This document shows, in pieces, positions 57,223-64,000 of a DNA stretch of 64,000 nucleotides (positions are counted from its first letter, which is position 1; each line of letters begins with the position of its first letter). The notes under the pieces were generated by a model, which was given only the letters and a program-made list of their open reading frames with translations, was not told where the DNA came from and ran no database searches. The position numbers were made by a program, and so were the translations under genes. Source of the DNA: Candidatus Latescibacterota bacterium (GTDB lineage: Bacteria; Latescibacterota; UBA2968; GCA-2709665); NCBI GenBank assembly GCA_963662665.2, contig CAXXJS010000030.1, positions 64,001 to 128,000 of the forward strand, read 5' to 3'.

Positions 57223-59643
57223 TCACGGTTTTCCCGCCAGTATCAACCGTTCCTCGATACGTCCCTCGCCGTCCTCCGGCGTTTTCATGAAGAGCAGTTC
57301 GTCAAGTTCACCCCGCACCCACGTGTCGACGAACGTGTCGTAGTGACGGCTTCCGGGGTTGCCGGATTGTCCGCCCGGATAGATTCCCCAGGCCTTTACG
57401 TCAGGACCGAGGGAAACGACCATGCGCCAACTGGGACCGTGTCCCCGGTTCGTCGCATTGACGATGTCGCGGCCCCCGCCAACGAAAAGGTTCATGCGTG
57501 AGAATTCAGGTATCCTTAATAGATGTCTGATCTCTGCACCCTTGTAGCGTCCCCATTTCCAGGCCTCGCCGATTGGGCCCAGTCTGCCGGTTAACTGGCG
57601 ACTCGTTGACTCAAACGTACTGCGGGCAAGATCGGGCAGAGTCTCAACCTGCTCCGTCCGTGTGTCGTCATACCATCTGGCGTTTGGCTCATCGAGAATC
57701 AACCTGACGGTTCGATCGCTTGAAGGGAATTGAAGATTTGTCTCCACGCCGCCGAATTCGTCGTTCCAGATGGCTCTGTAGAGGTTTCGCCACCAACTGT
57801 CAAATGCTGTGGGGGCGGTCTTGCCGGCATTCGCGGAATAACCCCAGTCCCTCAGCGTCCGGTAGACGGCCGCCTGATCGGGACTGAGTGACCGCGGCTC
57901 GATAAACGCCAGCAGGGCGGGCAGCACAAACTGCGCCCGGAGATGCTTCGTGTCGAGTTGCAGCGACCGGAAGTCGTCGGGTGTGATGTCCTTCATTTCC
58001 GCCAGGCGCTCGTTGATTCGCCGCGCGCGCATAGGGGAGGAATAGCCTGCTTTCAGCCAATACGGATAGGACGGATCCGCGGGGCGCTGATTGGCGGAAC
58101 TCACGAACCCGCGTTCGGGATTCTTGACATGGGGTTTGTGGGCGTGCGGTATCCAGTCCTGCCAGTCGTGCAGCGGGTCCGACCCATCGGCAATGAAGGC
58201 CCCCTGGCCCTCCCACCTTACCGGGAATCGGCCGTTGTGCCAGATTGCGATATTCCCTTCAACGTCCGCATAGGCGAAGTTCTGACCGGGAGCGGTGAGG
58301 TGGGGGAGCGCTTCGACGAAATCGTCGTAGCCGCGTGCACGATTGAGCCGGAGACAGGTCAGCCACGCGTTCCCGCCGTCATGAGCCGCCCACCGGAATG
58401 CATGGCGTTTCGGCACCCGCGAGTCGGACGGCGTGTAGCTTGAATCCCATACGACCGGTCCATGATGGGTGTACCGCACGGTGTCGCGGAAGGTCCCGCC
58501 GCCGCGCACCCTGATTTCTTCGATTACCGTTTCCACGCGCCGCCACCTGTCGCCGTGGCGGTATTCCTGAAGCGTGTCGTCCTTGAATGTTATCTCGTAC
58601 CAGTCCGTTACGTCCGTTCCCGCATTCGTGAAGCCCCAGGCGATATGGCGATTGAATCCGATGACCACGCCCGGACCTCCCGGAAGGGATACGCCGTACA
58701 CGTTGAGCGTGGGACTGACGAGTTGAATCTCGTACCAGAGAGACGGCAGGGAAAGGCCCAGGTGCGGGTCGTTCGCCAATATGGGATACCCGCTGGCGGT
58801 CCTGGTTCCGGAAACCGCCCAGTTGTTGCTTCCGATTCCCGCGCTGTTTTCCGTGCCGGTCGACCCTTGGATAAGCGGCGTATCAGGCCGGATGACCTTA
58901 CGGGGCTCGAAGTCCCACGGCGTTGCCCGGGGGATCACCGTGTCGTCGCTTCCGGATGGATACGAGAAGAGGTCCCGCACAACGTCCTCGCCGAATCGGT
59001 CGAGTGTATTGTTCATCCTGAGGTCCGCGTTTTGCCCGCTGAGTACCCACGCCATGGATTTTATCAGGATTGCGCATTTCAACGGCGTCCAGGGCTCGGG
59101 GTCATAACCCAGGAGTTTGTACTCGATGGGGTAATCTCTCTTGCGCAGGCCGCCGATGTACGCGTTGACGCCCTCGGTGTACGCCGTAACGGCAAGACGG
59201 GTTTCCGGCTCCGCCATGATCTCCCCGAGCGTGTTTTCGGCGCCGTATACGAGGCCTACGCGCCTCTGATACCGGTCGCGTTCCAGTGCGCCGGATCCCA
59301 GGATTTCCGCAAGGCGTCCACCGGCGGCGGCGGTCTGGAATTCCATCTGCCAGAGGCGGTCCCTGGCCGTTACGTATCCCTGTGCGAAAAACAGGTCCCG
59401 GTCGTTCTGCGCGAAGATATGCGGCACGCGGCGTTCGTCATAGTGGACCGTCACGCGTTCGAGCAGTCCCGCGAGCCGCGGTTCGCCGTCCGCGAACGAA
59501 TCCCGCGTTTCGGCATTCTGCCAGAAACCGTGGAAGGGACTCAGGAACCTCCCCGCGGCGGGAAACCCGCCCATGCGCGTGTCCAGAGCCAGAACGACGA
59601 TCACGGTAATGACAACGGCAGCGAGGGATTTGAATAAAGGCAT
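57223..59643 (-). CDS. Penicillin acylase family (Ntn hydrolase, S45)
   Basis: VPHIFA, QGYVTARDRLWQM, nucleophile GSNNWAV, ANDPHL, PGGQSGNPGS. Confidence 0.93.
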   Translation of the reverse strand: MPLFKSLAAVVITVIVVLALDTRMGGFPAAGRFLSPFHGFWQNAETRDSFADGEPRLAGLLERVTVHYDERRVPHIFAQNDRDLFFAQGYVTARDRLWQMEFQTAAAGGRLAEILGSGALERDRYQRRVGLVYGAENTLGEIMAEPETRLAVTAYTEGVNAYIGGLRKRDYPIEYKLLGYDPEPWTPLKCAILIKSMAWVLSGQNADLRMNNTLDRFGEDVVRDLFSYPSGSDDTVIPRATPWDFEPRKVIRPDTPLIQGSTGTENSAGIGSNNWAVSGTRTASGYPILANDPHLGLSLPSLWYEIQLVSPTLNVYGVSLPGGPGVVIGFNRHIAWGFTNAGTDVTDWYEITFKDDTLQEYRHGDRWRRVETVIEEIRVRGGGTFRDTVRYTHHGPVVWDSSYTPSDSRVPKRHAFRWAAHDGGNAWLTCLRLNRARGYDDFVEALPHLTAPGQNFAYADVEGNIAIWHNGRFPVRWEGQGAFIADGSDPLHDWQDWIPHAHKPHVKNPERGFVSSANQRPADPSYPYWLKAGYSSPMRARRINERLAEMKDITPDDFRSLQLDTKHLRAQFVLPALLAFIEPRSLSPDQAAVYRTLRDWGYSANAGKTAPTAFDSWWRNLYRAIWNDEFGGVETNLQFPSSDRTVRLILDEPNARWYDDTRTEQVETLPDLARSTFESTSRQLTGRLGPIGEAWKWGRYKGAEIRHLLRIPEFSRMNLFVGGGRDIVNATNRGHGPSWRMVVSLGPDVKAWGIYPGGQSGNPGSRHYDTFVDTWVRGELDELLFMKTPEDGEGRIEERLILAGKP

Positions 59644-59646
59644 AGA

Positions 59647-59764
59647 GCTGTCAGCTCTCAGCAGTCAGCGATCAGCTTGAACCGGTGAGCGATACGGATA
59701 CCCGATATAAACCTGCGATATCAGCGCCGTCGTAGGATTTGTAGGGGCGACCCATGGGTCGCCC
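59647..59764. repeat. Composite repeat copy 2: 4x GCNNTCA heptamer plus GTAG-type REP hairpin
   Basis: Heptamers 59647-59674; GTAGGGGCGACCCATGGGTCGCCC 59741-59764. Confidence 0.8.
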
Positions 59765-59799
59765 GCCCGTCAGATATTTCCTTCGCGCATGTTGATCGC

Positions 59800-60255
59800 T
59801 CACCCTGAACGGCTGTCTCTAATGGTAATCCGCTTTGCCTCCGCGAATGCCATGACTGCCTCGATTATCTGTGGTTTGACGGTCTGGTTGTCGTTATAAC
59901 TCATCGCGCTGAAGTCGATCTTTATGTTCCTGCCATTGGCGAGCACGAGTTCGAGTTTCATCAACTGAACGTCAATTTCGGAGATCGATTCCCAAGGAAC
60001 CCTTCGGTGTCTGAATAGACTTCTTTCAATCTCCAGATTGGCATCGGAAACTGTGATTATGTATTTGTTTATGCGGTGTATTAGACCCATAAAGGGCAGC
60101 GTGATGAGACCCAACACCAGTTGAAGGGCGCCCTGGAACGGCTTATCCTCTATGTTCGAGATTCCGAGAACGATCAATGTCACACCGTATGAAACCCAAA
60201 TTACCCGAAACAAACGCGTCACGGGCACAGTAAGATCAAAAGTCCGCTCTTCCAT
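59800..60255 (-). CDS. Hypothetical membrane protein (2 TM plus PH-like), paralog of 62461..62913
   Basis: RBS AAGGAGG; MEERTFDLTVPV...WESISEIDVQ...MSYNDNQTVKPQII. Confidence 0.75.
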   Translation of the reverse strand: MEERTFDLTVPVTRLFRVIWVSYGVTLIVLGISNIEDKPFQGALQLVLGLITLPFMGLIHRINKYIITVSDANLEIERSLFRHRRVPWESISEIDVQLMKLELVLANGRNIKIDFSAMSYNDNQTVKPQIIEAVMAFAEAKRITIRDSRSG

Positions 60256-60630
60256 GGATCCGTCCTCCTTCTTTATACGAACAGTAGCGTATTGATCACG
60301 TGCGTCCGGGCGCAATACGATTTCGATCCCGCGACTGACCGGAGTTCAGGTTGATTCGGCCTGGACACATCGTCTACGAACTACGGATAATATAAGCCCG
60401 TAGGCTTCAAAGGGAGAACCAAAGATTCAGCGGCGGCCGTCCCAAATAGCCCGCGTTACACGAGTTGTCTTTCTCTTTTTTTCACTCGTAATTATATTGT
60501 GGAAATGAAAGGAGTCGTCTGCGGAACGGAAAGATCATATCCGTAGACGTGGGCGGCCCTGCGGTTTTGACCGCAACAGGTGAGATCGAGGTCGTCGACG
60601 ACTGGCTTGAAGTCGAAAGGTGACTGGGAA

Positions 60631-61398
60631 ATGAGACTACTGATCGTCGACGGATGGACACGGGAAGGGAACGTTTCGCACACGAACGCGGGGGTAGAGG
60701 AGCAGGCCGATGTCTTCGAGTCGCTCGTTCGGGAATGCTCGCCCGATGCGGAAATTCGGATTGTCCACACGTTCGGCGACGGCGGACCGTCAGACCTGGA
60801 CGTCAGCGAGTACGACGCGGCGATCTGGACTGGCGGGGGCGGTAATATCTACGAAGACAACCCATTTAACCGGCGCCAACTCGAGTTGGGCGAGCGCGTG
60901 CTTGCAAACGTACCCCGCGTCTGGGGCAGTTGCTGGGGGTTTCAGGTCATCACGACCGTCTGCGGCGGGGAGGTGGCGCCGGCCCGAACGCCGGAAATCG
61001 GCATCGCGACCGGCATTTCGGTCCGATCCGCGGATTTCGCTGAGACTCTGTATCGCGGCAAGCCGCACACATTCGATGCCCCCGCTCATCACTTCGACGA
61101 GACCGCCCGGCTGCCTCGGAAGTTCGAGATTGTCGCAGAAAATGCGACAACGCTGCAGGCCGTCGTATCAAAGGACCGGCGCGTCACCTGCACCCAATAC
61201 CATCCCGAACTGCCCTACGACTACATTGGAAAGCTGATGCAGCACTGGGCGCCGAATTACACGTCAATGTTCGCGAAGGATGACTTCCGGAATCTGCTGG
61301 CGGGTTTGAAGAAAAAAGAGAAGGAAGAAAACAGCCTGAGGAAAATCGAATTCAGAAACTGGCTGGAATTTGTAAGGAAGGGCACAGAGATTAGCTAA
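60631..61398 (+). CDS. Class I glutamine amidotransferase-like protein
   Basis: WTGGGG, nucleophile GSCWGFQ, QYHPE triad. Confidence 0.85.
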   Translation: MRLLIVDGWTREGNVSHTNAGVEEQADVFESLVRECSPDAEIRIVHTFGDGGPSDLDVSEYDAAIWTGGGGNIYEDNPFNRRQLELGERVLANVPRVWGSCWGFQVITTVCGGEVAPARTPEIGIATGISVRSADFAETLYRGKPHTFDAPAHHFDETARLPRKFEIVAENATTLQAVVSKDRRVTCTQYHPELPYDYIGKLMQHWAPNYTSMFAKDDFRNLLAGLKKKEKEENSLRKIEFRNWLEFVRKGTEIS

Positions 61399-61422
61399 TT
61401 CAGAAACAGGTGATCCGCCCCT

Positions 61423-62403
61423 CTGTCATTCTGAGCGAAGTCAAAAATCGCGCACCGAAGCGTGGTCATTGCCTGCATTGAGCTTGTCGAAATGCCCGCG
61501 CTTCGCTACCCCTCGACGGGTTCAGGGACCACCCTGCGCCGACCCGTCGACAACCCTTCGACAGGCTAAGGACAACGGCTCAGGGAGCGGCGCAGGATGC
61601 TCGCGCCCATCTGCGGATGCGGCCGCGTGACGTGGCAACGGCTGTGCCGCCTGGCAGGCACGGCCCCGTGACAGACCCCCAGTCATCAACCGATGCCGCA
61701 GTAGATCCTTCGTCAGCCGACCTGCCATTGATTCTCCGGCAGGCCGGACGTCTTCCTCAGGATGACAGTACGGGCTAACGAATGACGAATACATTTCGAC
61801 GATGGCTATTGCGAAGCATGTCATTCTGAGCGCAGCGAAGAATCTCCCGTCTGTTCGGCTGTCCTTGACACCAAAACCGCGCTAATCACATTTGCGCGGG
61901 GACTTAGCCGGCAGCGACGTGGGCAGACAGGAATGTCTGCCCCACCCTCACACACGCATACTCAGAGTATGGGCGCAAGTGTGACGGATGCATTTCTCGC
62001 ATTACGATCGGCCGCCCTGTCATTCTGAGCGGAGTCGAAAATCGTGCACCGAAGCGTGGTCATTGAGCTTGTCGAAATGCCCGTATATCGGGATCCCATC
62101 AACACACGCGCCACTTCGGCCTGACCGTGTATGTGCAATCGTGCCGCCTGTCGCGTCAATTGAGTGCCAGGAAGCCTGGGGATCAACCGATGCCGCAGTA
62201 GATCCTTCGTCAGCCGGCCTGCCGATGATTCTCCGGCAGGCCGGACGTCTTCCTCAGGATGACAGTACGGGCTAACGAATGACGGATACATTTCGACGAT
62301 GGCTATTGCGAAGCATGTCATTCTGAGCTCAGCCGAAGAATCTCCCGTCTGTTCGGCTGTCCTTAACGCCAAAAACGCGCGAATCACATTTGCGCGGGGA
62401 CTT
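61423..62403. repeat. Duplicated composite palindromic (MITE/REP-like) repeat region
   Basis: Block A 61423-61498 / 62017-62083; block B (~220 bp) 61685-61905 / 62182-62403; TGTCATTCTGAGC x4 with inverse CTCAGGATGACA x2; REP-like hairpin GGGCAGACAGGAATGTCTGCCC at ~61921-61942. Confidence 0.85.
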
Positions 62404-62460
62404 CGTCAGAGTGCGGGTGTGCGCGACTGGGATGGTGCGTCAATATCCGACGCGGTCTCA

Positions 62461-62913
62461 TCAGCTTGTATTGTCTATGACGGAAATCCCCTTCGCCTCC
62501 GCGAACTCGGTCAGCGCCGCGATGATTTGGGGTTTTACGATCTGGTTGTCAGTATAACTCATGTTGAAGTTCCACTTCATGTTCTTCCCCTCCATGAGCG
62601 CTATTTCGAATTTCATCCGTTGTACATCAATTTCAGAAACAGACGCCCAGGGAATTTTTCGCGCCCTGGAGAGACCTTTTTCCAATGTCAAATGCGAATC
62701 GTCAAACGCGATGACATACCGGTTCGCGCGTGGCATAAGAACAATGAAGAGCAGGAAGAATAAACCGCAGGCCATCTGCGAGAAGCCCAGTACATCGTCA
62801 TCCCGCTCGATGCTGAAAGCGCCGCTGGCAAGCTGGATCGCACCAAAAGCGCTCCAACCTGCTAATAACAGACGGGATACAGGTACGGATAGATCGAAAG
62901 TGCGCGATTCCAT
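62461..62913 (-). CDS. Hypothetical membrane protein, paralog of 59800..60255
   Basis: MESRTFDLSVPV...WASVSEIDVQ...MSYTDNQIVKPQII. Confidence 0.75.
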   Translation of the reverse strand: MESRTFDLSVPVSRLLLAGWSAFGAIQLASGAFSIERDDDVLGFSQMACGLFFLLFIVLMPRANRYVIAFDDSHLTLEKGLSRARKIPWASVSEIDVQRMKFEIALMEGKNMKWNFNMSYTDNQIVKPQIIAALTEFAEAKGISVIDNTS

Positions 62914-63135
62914 GGATCTGCTCTTATCTTCAATTCGATTGCAACTGTCAAGAGGCCGTCGCCGCCGAGAATATTGTTGACCTCGTACAAACTGAAGAGA
63001 CTAATGGCTATCTGGAATACACTCAAAAGGAACAAAAACACGACGGACAACCATTCCTGAACGAAACCACGCGTTTATAATGTTGGAATCCATCCATAGC
63101 CTCGCTCGAGCTTCGACCTTTTAGGAAAACGAATT

Positions 63136-63927
63136 CTATAATGTCATGCGATTTACGATCTCCTTCAAATCCTCCTTTGTCATCCCCTCTGACAACCATC
63201 CCGCAGCAAAAGAAACATCATTCGAATCCGGCAACTGTGCCTTGCTCAATGTCCGCAACTTGATTTTGGCAGGAACTGCTGAGGCCTCGCCCACGAACAG
63301 TGCTTCCTGCCTCGGAAGCGATGATAGCATTTTAGTCATACCCGCGAGACTGTCGGGCAAGAATCGAGCGACGTGCTCTTGATCCAAGCTGTTGGTCAAT
63401 CGCAAGACAACCCACGAATTGCATTGGGAGATCACGGTACCCTCAATGTCCGCCGGACGCTGCGATACGAGCATCAACCCAAGACCATATTTTCTTCCTT
63501 CGCGCGCAAGCCTGCGGATAGCGCTTTGGGCGACTTCGTACTGCGCGTCGCCCCGATTAGGCACATACCTATGCGCTTCTTCGCATACGAAAAGTATGGG
63601 GTCGCGCTCTCTTTCGTCTCGATATTGGTGGAGTTTGTATTGAAAAAGCAAACGGGCAATCGCGCCAGTCAAGGGACCAGCCACTTCGTTAGGAAGTCCC
63701 GAAATGTCGACAATCTTTAGGTAGGCATCATCACTTCCCTGCACATTTAGGAATTGGTTTACGATCTGGACGAGGGTGGGTGCTCCTCCAACATGCTCAC
63801 GCATCAGGAACTTGATGCGTGAATCAGTTGTAAGCAAACGAAATTTATTTAGTATGGACGCATAGTCTTTTTGGAAATCTGATGGGGTTACATCCTCCCA
63901 GCCACCATTCTTTCTAGCCTGACCTAT
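63136..63927 (-). pseudogene. C-terminal half of a HerA/DUF87-like ATPase (5'-truncated)
   Basis: IVDISGLP, Walker B FVCEEAHRY, REGRKYG, VSQRP, SQCN; no Walker A; in-frame TGA at 63928-63930. Confidence 0.75.
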
Positions 63928-64000
63928 TCATGAATCGTCAGGGATTGCAGATTCGTGCAGCAGAAGCAGCTTTCGAGTGAGTCTAAGAACGCAGGAGAAA

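Noticed and set aside
61522-62387. ORFs 61522..61824, 61962..62387 and 61988..62275
   Set aside because: They are translations of the palindromic repeats (CHPEE/VILS-type artefacts)
61423-62403. Possible CRISPR array
   Set aside because: Repeats are 70-220 bp, only two copies each, with irregular 100-185 bp spacers and no cas genes
1-64000. tRNA/rRNA genes, integrase or prophage
   Set aside because: None recognised by eye; a tRNAscan/Infernal run would be needed to exclude small RNAs

Overview
64-kb window from a GC-rich diderm bacterium. The lineage cannot be determined from sequence alone; gene content is compatible with an FCB/Gemmatimonadota/Latescibacterota-like organism. Almost every gene is on the minus strand. 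(1) ~0.2-23.4 kb is a defence island. It holds a type I R-M locus (hsdM-hsdS...hsdR) whose HsdR carries a C-terminal LexA-type S24 autopeptidase. Two cassettes are nested between hsdS and hsdR (vsr-dcm-GHKL/His-kinase-receiver, and an ART-like/DUF6575-like gene pair), with a duplicated hsdR 5' stub between them. Upstream lies a giant STAND-like NTPase gene, split in-frame by an IS630, followed by a degenerate-NTPase/HEPN gene. (2) ~23.5-57 kb is core-like: LarA-like, Fe-ADH, HypE/PurM-like, kinase, DUF362 and UbiA genes, and a peptidase/beta-propeller/beta-barrel outer-membrane protein. An opp-type ABC system is interleaved with an uncharacterised cluster (orphan GlmL-like ASKHA ATPase, barrel-sandwich-hybrid protein, DUF6754-like and three membrane proteins). 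These follow ndk-yceD-rpmF-fabH-fabD-fabG-acpP-fabF-rnc-lipoate ligase, which lacks plsX. (3) ~57-64 kb has an Ntn acylase, two paralogous membrane proteins, a class I GATase, heptamer/REP/palindromic repeats and a 5'-truncated HerA-like ATPase. All family assignments come from motif recognition by eye; no database searches were run.
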